DNA of 64,000 bases from the NCBI GenBank assembly GCA_964531165.1, contig CAZHEA010000003.1, positions 13,048 to 77,047 on the forward strand, read 5' to 3'. Below are positions 27,663-38,158 of this stretch, piece after piece (the stretch's first letter is position 1; each line of letters begins with the position of its first letter). This DNA comes from an uncultured Thiotrichaceae bacterium. GTDB lineage: Bacteria; Pseudomonadota; Gammaproteobacteria; SZUA-229. Below the pieces are notes generated by a model that did no database searches, was not told the DNA's origin, and saw only the letters and a list, made by a program, of their open reading frames with translations. The position numbers were made by a program, and so were the translations under genes.

Positions 27663-29978
27663 CTATTTAGGTGCGCTTTGGTTACGTAGCTGCTGAGAAA
27701 AAATATCAGGATCAGTTGTCGGTAGCTTACATGCCCCATATTCACAAACATAGGCGGTGGATTTATTATTTATCGCTACTTTACCTTTTGCGATTGCTAT
27801 TATCCTGCTCTGAGTCTCAAGGTCGTCTCCTTGTGTCATAACCGACAGGGTATGGTTGGGTAAAAAATGCTCACGGAGTGAATCAAGCATCAACTGCCCC
27901 TTAGAACTATTATCAGCTGGGTTAATAATAACAATTTCCTTTGCACTATCGTAGTAAAAATCAATAGCCAGTAGCATCTTTGAGAGGGCCATTGGATTAT
28001 TGTTTAAAATAGATGAAAAATACTGCAGTGTTTTTTCGGCACGTTTTTGATAACGGGTGTTCGAGGTGAATTGCGATAATCTGAGTAAATTAAGTACCTG
28101 TACTGAGTTTCCAGATGGTAGTGCACCGTCATAGCCGGGCTTTTCACGTGACAGCAGTTTCTCATGATTATTTCCAGTCATGTAATAACCACCATGGGTA
28201 CTATCTTCGTAGTGTGTTTCTAAAATAGCATCGAGCTTGCTGGCTTCAAGTACCCAGTAAATGTTATGAGTGGTTTCATATAGATCAAGTAAACCAGCTA
28301 TCAAAAAAGCGTAATCATCAAGATAGGCGTTATGCGTTGCCTGTTTATGATGATAACTTCGATATAGTTTGCCATTGTAATATAAGTTTTTAAGAATAAA
28401 GTTTGCAGCTTCAACCGCTTGCTGAGTATATTGTTTATTGTTGAGCACAAAACCGGCCTTTGCAAATGCAGAAATCATCAGGCCATTCCAGGCCGTAATA
28501 ATTTTTTCATCTCTCAATGGAGAAGGCCTTTTGTTGCGGCTTTGATAGAGCAGGTGCCTTGAGTCTAAAAGTAATACTTTTAATGTGTCGATTTTAATAT
28601 TATTTAGTTTTGAAAATTCGCTTAAGGAGACCGGGGTATTTAAAATGTTACGGCTCTCAAAGTTACCGTTTTCAGATGTTGCATAATATTGACTGAAAAT
28701 AGCAAAACGTTGTTTGCCTAATATGCTTAGTAGTTCATGGTTATCCCAGGTGAAATAATAACCTTCTTCCGTATGTAATGAAGGTGTTAGACTATCCGCA
28801 TCGGTTGCTGAATAAAAGCCACCCTGATCTGATGTCATTTCGCGAATGATGTAGTTCAGAGTTTCCTCAACAATACGTTTGAAATTGTGGTTTCTGGTCA
28901 GTTGATACGCTTCAAGATAATCAATACTTAATAGTGCATTGTCATAAAGCATTTTTTCAAAATGCGGAACTAGCCATTCATTGTCTGTGGAATAGCGATG
29001 AAAACCTCCGCCAATCTGATCGTAAATTCCACCACTGGCCATTTTGGTTAGTGTAAGATTTACAATATTTAAAATGTCTTTATCACCCGTTTGAAGATAG
29101 CTACGCAGTAAAAAACCAACAGGTGTGGTGCTGGGGAATTTAGGAGCGTGACCAATACCGCCATAAAAACTATCAAAATTAGCTTTATAATATGCCGCTG
29201 CAAGTTTCATAGTGTCGGGACCGGGCAATGTTGTGCCAGCGATTGAAACTAAATTATCCTGTAAAGTACGAGTGATTATTTTACTGGTTTCAGTGATTTT
29301 ATCGGGTTGTAAAATATAAATTTGTTTTAACTGCGTTAACAAGCTTAACAGACCGATATTTGCACCCCGGTCACCATCTCTTGCAGGAAAATAAGTGCCA
29401 CCATAAAAAGGCTCCCGCTCTGGTGTTAGCCAGACGTTCATTGGCCAGCCACCGTTCTGGCCCATTGCATGAAGTGCTGCCATATATACAGCATCGATAT
29501 CCGGGCGCTGCTCACGGTCAACCTTTATTGCAATATAGTTTTGATTAATAAATGTTGCAATTTCAAGATCTTCAAATGATTCTTCCTCCATCACGTGGCA
29601 CCAGTGACAGGTTGAGTAACCGACACTTAGAAGTACCGGCAGATTGAGCTTTTTTGCAGCTTTAAACGCCTCATCTCCCCATGGATACCAGTTAACTGGA
29701 TTATGAGCATGCTGTAAAAGGTAGGGGCTGGTTTGTAGAAAAAGTCGATTGGTATATTTTGCTTTGCCCGTTGAAGTAAGGTGTTTGGTTCGCGGCTTAT
29801 AGTCGGTCCCCCGTTGTTGCTGTGTTTTTAACAGTTTGCTGATGAGCTGTGGAGTATATTTTTCTATTCCTGGTGGAGTGCCGTTAAAACTTTCAGATTT
29901 GACATCTGCGTAACACAGCTCAGTTACGCTAAGCAGTATGAATATGATGGACGAAATATAGCTAAGCAGTGATATCAT
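27663..29978 (-). CDS. thioredoxin-domain / six-hairpin glycosidase-like protein (YyaL / DUF255 family), secreted
   Basis: [16 protein letters not shown] thioredoxin-like motif, a long alpha/alpha-toroid-like C-terminal region and an N-terminal signal peptide. Confidence 0.8.
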   Translation of the reverse strand: MISLLSYISSIIFILLSVTELCYADVKSESFNGTPPGIEKYTPQLISKLLKTQQQRGTDYKPRTKHLTSTGKAKYTNRLFLQTSPYLLQHAHNPVNWYPWGDEAFKAAKKLNLPVLLSVGYSTCHWCHVMEEESFEDLEIATFINQNYIAIKVDREQRPDIDAVYMAALHAMGQNGGWPMNVWLTPEREPFYGGTYFPARDGDRGANIGLLSLLTQLKQIYILQPDKITETSKIITRTLQDNLVSIAGTTLPGPDTMKLAAAYYKANFDSFYGGIGHAPKFPSTTPVGFLLRSYLQTGDKDILNIVNLTLTKMASGGIYDQIGGGFHRYSTDNEWLVPHFEKMLYDNALLSIDYLEAYQLTRNHNFKRIVEETLNYIIREMTSDQGGFYSATDADSLTPSLHTEEGYYFTWDNHELLSILGKQRFAIFSQYYATSENGNFESRNILNTPVSLSEFSKLNNIKIDTLKVLLLDSRHLLYQSRNKRPSPLRDEKIITAWNGLMISAFAKAGFVLNNKQYTQQAVEAANFILKNLYYNGKLYRSYHHKQATHNAYLDDYAFLIAGLLDLYETTHNIYWVLEASKLDAILETHYEDSTHGGYYMTGNNHEKLLSREKPGYDGALPSGNSVQVLNLLRLSQFTSNTRYQKRAEKTLQYFSSILNNNPMALSKMLLAIDFYYDSAKEIVIINPADNSSKGQLMLDSLREHFLPNHTLSVMTQGDDLETQSRIIAIAKGKVAINNKSTAYVCEYGACKLPTTDPDIFSQQLRNQSAPK

Positions 29979-30220
29979 AGGTACTTGTCAATAGAGTTTA
30001 ATAATGATGAAAAGATAAGCATATTAATGCTCACGTATTTAATAATACAGGTGAAGGCTTTGAAATACTATTATATAGCGTCATAACAGGCTAACTACGT
30101 CATTGCAATAGTGCTGCTATAATCGCAAATTTTCTATTGTTAGCGTAATACGCTATGCTGATATTATTTTCTAATGACGTTTTATCTGTTTTAAGCAGAA
30201 AATTATAAAGGATACTATTA

Positions 30221-31132
30221 ATGAAATTTTACCAGAAAATACTCATATCGATATTCGTTACAGTAAATTTATATAGCACTGTCGTATCAGCTAAAGCAAT
30301 AAATGATGAATATAGTGATGTAGACATTAAAACCATTAATCTGGGGCATGGTATTTATATGCTAATGGGTAAGGGTGGAAATATTGGTGTGTCAGTTGGT
30401 GATGATGGCGTATTCATGATTGATGACCAGTTCGCACCACTAACAGAAAAAATTAAACAGGCAATATCTGAAATTACAGATAAACCTATCCGCTTTATGA
30501 TAAATACGCATTGGCATTATGATCATACAGGCGGTAATGAAAATTTAGGGCAGGACGGTGTTGTTATTGTCGCACATGATAATGTATATAAACGTATGAG
30601 TAAGGATGGGTTTATAAAGGCATTTAATAAAAAAATACCGGCGGCAGTCGATGTTGCGCTACCTGTGATCACCTTTAATGATGAAATTACTTTTCATCTT
30701 AATCAGCAGGATATAGAAGTTATTCATCAACAAAATGCCCATACTGACGGTGACAGTATCGTGATTTTTAAATCTGCCAATGTTGTGCATATGGGGGATA
30801 CTTTTTTTAATGGTATGTACCCGTTTATCGATGCTTCAAGTGAAGGCAGCATCGCAGGTATGATTAAGTCGGTAGATTTTGTGCTGACAATGGTTGATGA
30901 CAAAACTAGCATTATACCCGGACATGGTCCATTAGGTGATAAACGCTCACTAAAGGAATACAGGGAAATGTTAGTCACCGTTGAGGCGCGTATGCAAAAG
31001 TTGATGGATGAAGGTAAATCAATGCAACAGATTATAGCGCTTAAACCTAATGCAGACCTGGATAAAAAATGGGGTGCAGGTTTTTTAAACGCTGAAGTAT
31101 TTCTAAAAATATTGAATTCAGCTATGCCTTAA
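30221..31132 (+). CDS. secreted MBL-fold metallo-hydrolase
   Basis: Signal peptide and the HWHYDHTGG metal-binding motif. Confidence 0.85.
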   Translation: MKFYQKILISIFVTVNLYSTVVSAKAINDEYSDVDIKTINLGHGIYMLMGKGGNIGVSVGDDGVFMIDDQFAPLTEKIKQAISEITDKPIRFMINTHWHYDHTGGNENLGQDGVVIVAHDNVYKRMSKDGFIKAFNKKIPAAVDVALPVITFNDEITFHLNQQDIEVIHQQNAHTDGDSIVIFKSANVVHMGDTFFNGMYPFIDASSEGSIAGMIKSVDFVLTMVDDKTSIIPGHGPLGDKRSLKEYREMLVTVEARMQKLMDEGKSMQQIIALKPNADLDKKWGAGFLNAEVFLKILNSAMP

Positions 31133-31184
31133 TCGTTGGGGTTCAGTTGTGATTTATGGCTTATCTGTATATCGGCGTTTTATC

Positions 31185-31805
31185 TTAGGTAAGGCTTTTT
31201 AATAGTCTGTTTAATTTTTTTAAGTCCTGAGCGATATCTATATCCTGGTGGATAAACTTATCAGTGGTGATGATCTCTCTGACTGCTGTTGAATGATTTC
31301 TTATTATAGATTTAGCACCAGTGTCTCCAGTGAGTTTGCTAAGTTCTGTGTAGTAACGTTTGCCAAAGTAGACGGGATGGCCGGGTTTACTATTGAATAC
31401 GGGTAAGATAATAGCATTATTAGTGGCATTATTTGCCTTGTCGAGTATGGTTTTATAAGTCTGTTGTTTTATGAGTGGCATATCACCGAGACAGAATAAC
31501 CATCCGTCTTGCTTTGGACAACATTTAACCACATGGGAAATCGTCTTCCCTAACCCGGTGTTTTCTCCGTCAGGTATAATTAAATGCCTGATGTTATATT
31601 TATCAGCCGTTTTTATTAATGTTGAATTGTTTTCATTTATGGCGATCAGTACATTAGGCGTAATATTGTTAATGACCCTGCAGATGTATATAGCCATGGG
31701 TAGACTATTTATTTGTATCCGTGTCTTATCACTATTAAACCGGTTACTTTTACCGGCGGCAAGGACGATGGCCTGAATGTCATTATCAATGTTTTTATCG
31801 GCCAT
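31185..31805 (-). CDS. mocA: MobA-like nucleotidyltransferase, probable molybdenum cofactor cytidylyltransferase
   Basis: AIVLAAGKSNRF N-terminal motif. It overlaps the xdhC-family gene by 11 nt and sits next to a Mo-hydroxylase locus. Confidence 0.65.
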   Translation of the reverse strand: MADKNIDNDIQAIVLAAGKSNRFNSDKTRIQINSLPMAIYICRVINNITPNVLIAINENNSTLIKTADKYNIRHLIIPDGENTGLGKTISHVVKCCPKQDGWLFCLGDMPLIKQQTYKTILDKANNATNNAIILPVFNSKPGHPVYFGKRYYTELSKLTGDTGAKSIIRNHSTAVREIITTDKFIHQDIDIAQDLKKLNRLLKSLT

Positions 31806-32766
31806 TATTTTTTGGTCGGTTTTTCAAGCTAATTAATTCAGCAAAAATCGATATGGCTATTTCTGCTGGTGTTCTACTTGATATGTCAAGTCCAATAGGG
31901 GCGTGAAGTTTATTGATGTCATTGTCGTTTAAATCTAAATATTGTAGTCGTTTAATTCTTGCGGTATTACTCTTTTTCGAACCGATGGCACCAACATAAA
32001 ACAGATCAAGTTCGAGTGCCGTCATTAATGCCATATCGTCTAGCTTAGGGTCATGACTTAGCGAGAGTACAATGCTGAATGTATCGTTTGCAAATTTTCT
32101 TACCGCATCATCCGGCATCAGTCGAGTCAGGTTGCAATCCTGATTTTGCCATGCAAGTCTATAGTCTTCCCTGGGCTCGCAAATGGTAAGCTTAAATTCA
32201 AGCATTTGTGCAAGCGGTAGAATATAACTGGCAATTTGATTGGCGCCAATCACTAAAATTTTCCAGGCTGGTCCGAAGGTTTTAATCAGTGTTATGTCGT
32301 CATAGAAAAAATCTTCGGTATTTTTATCGGCTATATCTAATGATGAGGTTTGGTTTTGTATATCGAGTATGCGGCAAACCCGATTACCCGCATTTAATAA
32401 ATCAAGAATACGTATAAATTGTTCTCTATATGTGATTTTTTCAACACAGATAACTAATGATGCGCCACAGGGAATATTGATCTTAATGTTTTCTTCATTG
32501 GCAGAGTAATGTAAAGTTTTTATATATGAATCATCGAAAAAACCGTGCTTATGCTTGAGCTGCAGATCATCTTCAATGCAGCCACCTGAAACCGATCCGT
32601 AAATGTGGTTATGCTGGCTAATTATCATTAAAGACCCGGCTGGACGTGCAGATGATCCCCAGGTTTTAACGACTGTGCATAGTAATAGATATGAGTCTGA
32701 GCCCGAGGCTAGTAACTCAATTGACTTTTTGATGATTTCTTTATCTGCGTATTCGGTAGCTACCAT
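31795..32766 (-). CDS. xdhC: XdhC/CoxI-family Moco insertion accessory protein
   Basis: GSVSGGCIEDD motif and a Rossmann-like central region ILVIGANQIA. Confidence 0.8.
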   Translation of the reverse strand: MVATEYADKEIIKKSIELLASGSDSYLLLCTVVKTWGSSARPAGSLMIISQHNHIYGSVSGGCIEDDLQLKHKHGFFDDSYIKTLHYSANEENIKINIPCGASLVICVEKITYREQFIRILDLLNAGNRVCRILDIQNQTSSLDIADKNTEDFFYDDITLIKTFGPAWKILVIGANQIASYILPLAQMLEFKLTICEPREDYRLAWQNQDCNLTRLMPDDAVRKFANDTFSIVLSLSHDPKLDDMALMTALELDLFYVGAIGSKKSNTARIKRLQYLDLNDNDINKLHAPIGLDISSRTPAEIAISIFAELISLKNRPKNNGR

Positions 32767-33025
32767 CGCATGTCTGCCATTTTATCCTGTATTTATACGA
32801 TTGATTCTAATGTTGAAGCTGGGTATTATCGATATTCACATGAATTTAACTAATGAAATATATGTATCCATGTGGTAATTTAGTTTAAGGATTCCAGGTG
32901 TTCATTTAAGAATATAAAGCAATTTAATACTTAAATACATAATATCTTAACAACGGATTTTAATGTTAGTCATAATCGCTTAATGCCTGGATAATTTTCA
33001 TAACTCAGTATACATAATCATTATT

Positions 33026-33511
33026 ATGCAAACTACAAATACATATACCTTTAGCGTAAATAAACAGTCTTATACTCTCGAATTGCCCGCTGATATTCCA
33101 TTGTTATGGGTGCTGCGCGATTATATAAAGTTGCCCGGAACTAAATACGGCTGCGGTATTGGTGCATGCGGGGCTTGTATGGTATTGGTTTCAGATCAAT
33201 TGACACAATCTTGTTTGATTACGGCTGAGCAATTCAAAGATAAAAATATTACAACCATTGAAGGTTTAGCTAATGATAGTCTGCATAAAGTTCAGCAGGC
33301 CTGGCTGGATAATGGCGTTGTTCAATGTGGTTATTGCCAGTCTGGACAAATCATGGCAGCAGTGTCATTAATGAATTTGAAAACGCCACCTGATCATCTT
33401 CAAATAAAAAGCGTAATGTCGAAAGTTCTGTGTCGTTGTGGTACTTATCCGCGTATTAATAAAGCGCTTGTTAATTTACTTGAGTCAGATGAAAGTAATG
33501 CCAATGAATAA
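33026..33511 (+). CDS. (2Fe-2S)-binding small subunit of a xanthine-oxidase-family Mo hydroxylase (IorA type)
   Basis: The CGIGACGAC and QCGYCQSGQIM / CRCGTY cysteine clusters. Confidence 0.9.
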   Translation: MQTTNTYTFSVNKQSYTLELPADIPLLWVLRDYIKLPGTKYGCGIGACGACMVLVSDQLTQSCLITAEQFKDKNITTIEGLANDSLHKVQQAWLDNGVVQCGYCQSGQIMAAVSLMNLKTPPDHLQIKSVMSKVLCRCGTYPRINKALVNLLESDESNANE

Positions 33512-35663
33512 AATTGATAGAAGAGAGTTTATAAAGTTATCTGTAACGGGTAGTGCTTTTCTGGCTATCGGTTTAAACGTGTCACTGGCACAATCATCAA
33601 CTCCCTCGACAGACAAAAAAGTAAACTTTTCATCCAGTTTGTGGATTAAAATTGATATAGATAATAAATGTGTACTCAATATACCCGAGTCAGAAATGGG
33701 GCAGGGTATCTATACTGGGCTGGCGACATTGTTGGCTGAAGAACTGGACCTTAACTGGTCTGATGTAACAGTTGAGCGGGCGCCGTCTTTAAATGTTTAT
33801 GGTTATCAGTCAACAGGTGGTAGTACCAGTATTAAAAAACGCTGGATTAAATTCAGAGAAATAGGTGCATTAGCACGTCAAATGCTAGTTCAGGCAGCAG
33901 CTAAAAAGTGGGCCATTCCTGTCAATAAGTGCTACACAGAAAATGCAACGGTGTATAGCTCAGTTAATCATCAAAGCATTAAGTATTCCGAGCTTATTGA
34001 GCTGGCTAATCAGTTAACCATACCTGACAATGCACTACTTAAAGATAACCATCAGTTTAAACTAATTGGTAAAACTACAGCACGTATTGATTCCCTTGAT
34101 AAGGTGAAAGGTAAAGCTGTATTCGGCATTGACGTGCAGTTAGCGAATATGATATTTGCGACAACGCTACACCCACCTGTTTTTGGTGCAACGGTAGGCA
34201 AGATTAATGACAGTAAAGCGATTGAGATTCACGGTGTTATAAAAATATTCAAAATAGACAATGCTGTCGCAGTTGTTGCAGATAATAGCTGGAGTGCATT
34301 TAAGGCAGCTAAACTATTAGAGATAGAGTGGCAAAACAACCATAGCGTAATCGATAGTGCATTGATTCGAGAAAAATCATTAGCCGCATTAAAATCACCG
34401 TCATCTATTGCCAGTGAAAAAGGTAATGTTTTTTCTGAAAAATATAAGAATGAAGTGTCGGCAATCTATTCAGCACCATTTCAGGCACATGCTACGATGG
34501 AACCAATGAATTGTACGGCACATATTCATGATGGAGTTTGTGAAATATGGGCGCCGACACAATCACCGAGCAGAGCTAAATCTGCAGCTAAAAAACATTA
34601 TTACAATACTGCAGATCGTATTTATGCAAAGGCCAGGTCATTGCTTAAAGCCGATGAAGTTGAAGATATTATAGTTAATACCACTTTCTCCGGAGGTGGT
34701 TTTGGACGTCGATTGCAGCAGGATTTTGTTGCTGAAGCAGTTCAAATTGCTAAGCGGTTCGAGCACCCGGTAAAATTAATCTGGAGTCGTGAAGAAGATG
34801 TACAACATGATTTTTACCGACCGGTTGCCTATACCAGCTTAAAAGCGAATTTAGACAGTAGTGGCTATCCGTCATCACTTGTTCACCATCTGGCCTCGCC
34901 ATCGATAAAAGAGAGTTTATGGCCAGGGGCTTTATCGAAAAAAAATGCTATTGATTCGGTCGCTGTGGATGGCGCTTCAAATTCGGCTTATGATATTGAT
35001 AACCATAAAGTACAATATTCGCATGTTGAAACACCAGTACCATTGGGTTTCTGGCGTTCTGTGGGTTCATCTATTAATGCTTTTCATCTGGAGTGTTTTA
35101 TTGATGAGTTAGCACATAAAGCAGGTATCGATAGCCTGCTTTATCGGCAGGAATTATTGCATTTAAATCCTCGTTTATTACAGACATTAACTCGTGTAAG
35201 TGAAATGTCAGGCTGGAAAAAAGACCCAAATGCTTATTATGGAATAGCTTGTCATACATCTTATGGAAGCCATGTTTCACAGGTTGCAAAAGTGATAACG
35301 CGCAACGATGAGCTGATAATAGATCATGTTTATTGTGTCATTGACTGTGGTTTTGTTGTTAATCCGGATATTGTTAAGGCACAGTTGGAAGGCAGTATTA
35401 TATTTGGTTTAAGCGCGCTGTTTAGTGAAATAAAGATATCTAAAGGCAAGGTTCAACAAAGTAATTTCCATGATTTTCCTATCTTAACTTTCCAGCAATC
35501 ACCCTCTATTAGCAGTGAAATTATCAATAGTCCAGAAGACCCGGGCGGGGTAGGTGAGCCTGGTGTACCGCCCGCAATTCCGGCAGTTTTAAATGCTATG
35601 TTTTCTGCTACCGGCAAGAGAATTCGTCATCTACCAGTCCAAGCTTCTGATTTTAGTTTATAA
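33504..35663 (+). CDS. molybdopterin-binding large subunit (IorB / aldehyde oxidase beta type) with Tat-like signal
   Basis: MNKIDRREFIKLSVTGSAFLAIG twin-arginine leader, plus GGGFGRR and GEPGVPP motifs. The start overlaps the iorA-type stop. The ORF-track start at 33438 is probably an over-extension. Confidence 0.85.
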   Translation: MNKIDRREFIKLSVTGSAFLAIGLNVSLAQSSTPSTDKKVNFSSSLWIKIDIDNKCVLNIPESEMGQGIYTGLATLLAEELDLNWSDVTVERAPSLNVYGYQSTGGSTSIKKRWIKFREIGALARQMLVQAAAKKWAIPVNKCYTENATVYSSVNHQSIKYSELIELANQLTIPDNALLKDNHQFKLIGKTTARIDSLDKVKGKAVFGIDVQLANMIFATTLHPPVFGATVGKINDSKAIEIHGVIKIFKIDNAVAVVADNSWSAFKAAKLLEIEWQNNHSVIDSALIREKSLAALKSPSSIASEKGNVFSEKYKNEVSAIYSAPFQAHATMEPMNCTAHIHDGVCEIWAPTQSPSRAKSAAKKHYYNTADRIYAKARSLLKADEVEDIIVNTTFSGGGFGRRLQQDFVAEAVQIAKRFEHPVKLIWSREEDVQHDFYRPVAYTSLKANLDSSGYPSSLVHHLASPSIKESLWPGALSKKNAIDSVAVDGASNSAYDIDNHKVQYSHVETPVPLGFWRSVGSSINAFHLECFIDELAHKAGIDSLLYRQELLHLNPRLLQTLTRVSEMSGWKKDPNAYYGIACHTSYGSHVSQVAKVITRNDELIIDHVYCVIDCGFVVNPDIVKAQLEGSIIFGLSALFSEIKISKGKVQQSNFHDFPILTFQQSPSISSEIINSPEDPGGVGEPGVPPAIPAVLNAMFSATGKRIRHLPVQASDFSL

Positions 35664-35665
35664 AC

Positions 35666-36358
35666 ATGCAGTCTCAATTGCTTGATTCGGTCAATACAGT
35701 GCAAACCCCTGAAGGTATTGATATTCATCTAAGGCTTGCGGGAATATGGCCAAGAAGTGTTGCGTGGTTAATTGATGTTGTAATACGTAGTGTAGTGTAT
35801 GTTGCACTGGCTATACTCACACGATTTTTTGGTGATTTTGGTGCGGGCTTGATGTTAATTGCATTCTTTTTTATGGAATGGTTTTACCCGGTTTTATTCG
35901 AAGTATTTAATAATGGTATGACACCGGGTAAAAAATATCTAAAAATACAGGTGCTAAATAGTGATGGTACACCGATTGGCTGGTCTGCATCATTACTGCG
36001 TAATATTTTGCGGACGGTTGACTTTCTACCGTTTTTTTATGGGCTTGGTTTTATATCAATGTTAATGAATAATCGATTTCAAAGGCTTGGTGATCTTGCT
36101 GCAGACACCATTGTCGTTTATGACAAAGGCATATCAGGTATACAGGTTATTCCACAATATGCGCATTTAAAAGCTGACTATCCTTTAAGTTTACAAGAGC
36201 AGCAATCTATTATTCGTTATGCTGAACGCTGTAGTCAATTATCTGATGAGCGTTTACAGGAGCTTGCAGAGTTCTTAAATTCTGTTGATGTTAAGGATCA
36301 TAAAATGACTAAAGAAAAGCTTCTCGGTATCGCTAATGGATTAGTAGGTCATCGATGA
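35666..36358 (+). CDS. RDD-family membrane protein
   Basis: RSVAWLIDVVIR ... RLGDLAADTIVV (R-D-D pattern) and about 3 TM helices. It starts 2 nt after the iorB-type stop. Confidence 0.75.
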   Translation: MQSQLLDSVNTVQTPEGIDIHLRLAGIWPRSVAWLIDVVIRSVVYVALAILTRFFGDFGAGLMLIAFFFMEWFYPVLFEVFNNGMTPGKKYLKIQVLNSDGTPIGWSASLLRNILRTVDFLPFFYGLGFISMLMNNRFQRLGDLAADTIVVYDKGISGIQVIPQYAHLKADYPLSLQEQQSIIRYAERCSQLSDERLQELAEFLNSVDVKDHKMTKEKLLGIANGLVGHR

Positions 36359-37371
36359 AGCAGGCTGATTTTGAAAAAAAATATTCAGTATTCTGGCTCG
36401 AAATTGAAAACAGTTTATCTATTCACGTTAATCGCACTATGACAGATGAAGCGACGAAGGGAAAAATATTTAAACGCGGACGTTACGCACAAGGACCGGC
36501 AGATGATTTTCCAGAAAAATACCGATTAATTTGTCATCATTTATCGCTGGCGCGTTCGAGACATTACAGCCCATTACTGGTTGAACGACTCGAACGCCTG
36601 GTTATCCATGCGCATCAGGTTTTCTATAAACGTAAATCACATTTAATTTCATCAGTTTTAATCTATTTTACTTCTGGTTTTGCACAATCTATTCGAACAG
36701 AGTGGCGTTGGGTATTATTATCCGGCGTGCTGTTTTTTGGTACCTTATCTGCCATGTTAATTACATTGCAATTTTACCCGGATATGGTCTATACAGTTAT
36801 TTCAGCTGAACAATTATCATCGATGGAGTCGATGTACAATCCGCAATTGCGGGAAATGGGCCGAGAGCGTGGAGCCGGTAGTGATTTTCAAATGTTTGGA
36901 TATTATATTTTCAATAATACCAGTATAGGATTGAAAACGTTTGCCAGTGGTTTGTTGTTAGGTATAGGGACCGTGTTGGCGTTGATCTTTAATGGTTTAA
37001 CTATCGGTGGAGTCGCTGGTTATTTAACCTATATTGGATATGGTTCTACTTTTTGGCCGTTTGTGTCAGGCCATAGTGCACTTGAGTTAACAGCAATTGT
37101 ATTTTCTGGTGCCGCTGGTTTTAAACTTGCATTTTCTATTATTAGTCCGGGTAGAAAACATCGTTTATTGTCATTAAAAGACAGTGCAAAAGACGCTGTA
37201 TATATGATGTATGGTGTTGTAGTGATGTTCGTAATGGCGGCATTCGTAGAAGCTTACTGGTCTTCTATGGCAGGTGTTCCGTCATTAATAAAATACAGTG
37301 TTGGAATTATAAGCTGGTTATTACTATTGGCATATTTTGTTTTTTCAGGTCGTCAGTATGCAACTCGATAA
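36355..37371 (+). CDS. SpoIIM-like (DUF95) integral membrane protein
   Basis: NNTSIGLKTFASGLLLG and GHSALELTAIVFSGAAG motifs, with about 5-6 TM helices. There is an ATGA overlap with the RDD gene. Confidence 0.7.
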   Translation: MKQADFEKKYSVFWLEIENSLSIHVNRTMTDEATKGKIFKRGRYAQGPADDFPEKYRLICHHLSLARSRHYSPLLVERLERLVIHAHQVFYKRKSHLISSVLIYFTSGFAQSIRTEWRWVLLSGVLFFGTLSAMLITLQFYPDMVYTVISAEQLSSMESMYNPQLREMGRERGAGSDFQMFGYYIFNNTSIGLKTFASGLLLGIGTVLALIFNGLTIGGVAGYLTYIGYGSTFWPFVSGHSALELTAIVFSGAAGFKLAFSIISPGRKHRLLSLKDSAKDAVYMMYGVVVMFVMAAFVEAYWSSMAGVPSLIKYSVGIISWLLLLAYFVFSGRQYATR

Positions 37372-38158
37372 AATCATTATCAGGTTACGTCAGCGTAGCG
37401 CATGGGAGGCAATGGATCTTGGGGTCATGCTTATGCGTCGCCTGTGGCCCGTTCTGCTTTTACCCTGGCTTATTATGATGTCCTTTGTTTTAGTATTTGT
37501 GCTATTTACTGAAATTAATGGCTTTGTATATATTGGCAGCTTTATTATGTGGCTTAGTAAGCCAATATATGAAAGTATGATTTTATATGTTTTAAGTCGT
37601 GGCGTATTTGGTGACTACCAATCCACATCGAGTGTTTATTCTTCAATGGGTAAGTGGATAAAAACAGGTTTATTAACCACGGTTTTTTTCTGGAGATTTT
37701 CACCTTCACGATCATTTAATATGGCTGTTCATCAGCTTGAAGGCCTATCAGGTAATAAACGCAAACAACGCTTAAGAATATTGCACAATGTTAAAGGCTC
37801 TCACTCTTCCTGGCTAACTGTTATAGGTGTTTTCTTTGAGTATATTTTCACATTAACTTTATATGTTCTGGTTTTTTATATTGCACCGGATACTTCTGTA
37901 GAGTATATAAATGATTTAGTTGATAACCCTGAAGATCCACTGGTGTGGATTGTAATGGGGTCAATAATATATGCAATTACACTTTTTGTACTCGAGCCAT
38001 TTTATGTGGCCTCAGGTTTTGTGCTGTATCTTAACAGAAGAACTCAATTAGAGGGCTGGGACATAGAACTGGATTTTAAAAAAATAGCTCAGAGAATTCA
38101 ATCGCAATATCATAAGCCGTCTGTTATACCGTCATCGCATAATGATTTTAAAAAATGA
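37358..38158 (+). CDS. membrane protein of unknown family (about four TM helices)
   Basis: ATG 37358 overlaps the upstream stop by 14 nt. The ORF track starts at TTG 37337. I recognise no motif. Confidence 0.6.
   Translation: MQLDKIIIRLRQRSAWEAMDLGVMLMRRLWPVLLLPWLIMMSFVLVFVLFTEINGFVYIGSFIMWLSKPIYESMILYVLSRGVFGDYQSTSSVYSSMGKWIKTGLLTTVFFWRFSPSRSFNMAVHQLEGLSGNKRKQRLRILHNVKGSHSSWLTVIGVFFEYIFTLTLYVLVFYIAPDTSVEYINDLVDNPEDPLVWIVMGSIIYAITLFVLEPFYVASGFVLYLNRRTQLEGWDIELDFKKIAQRIQSQYHKPSVIPSSHNDFKK

Noticed and set aside
33438-33503. N-terminal extension of the iorB-type ORF
   Set aside because: The extension overlaps the iorA-type gene by 74 nt and encodes no signal. ATG 33504 gives a canonical twin-arginine leader (MNKIDRREFIK) and a 4-codon-scale overlap typical of coupled subunits.
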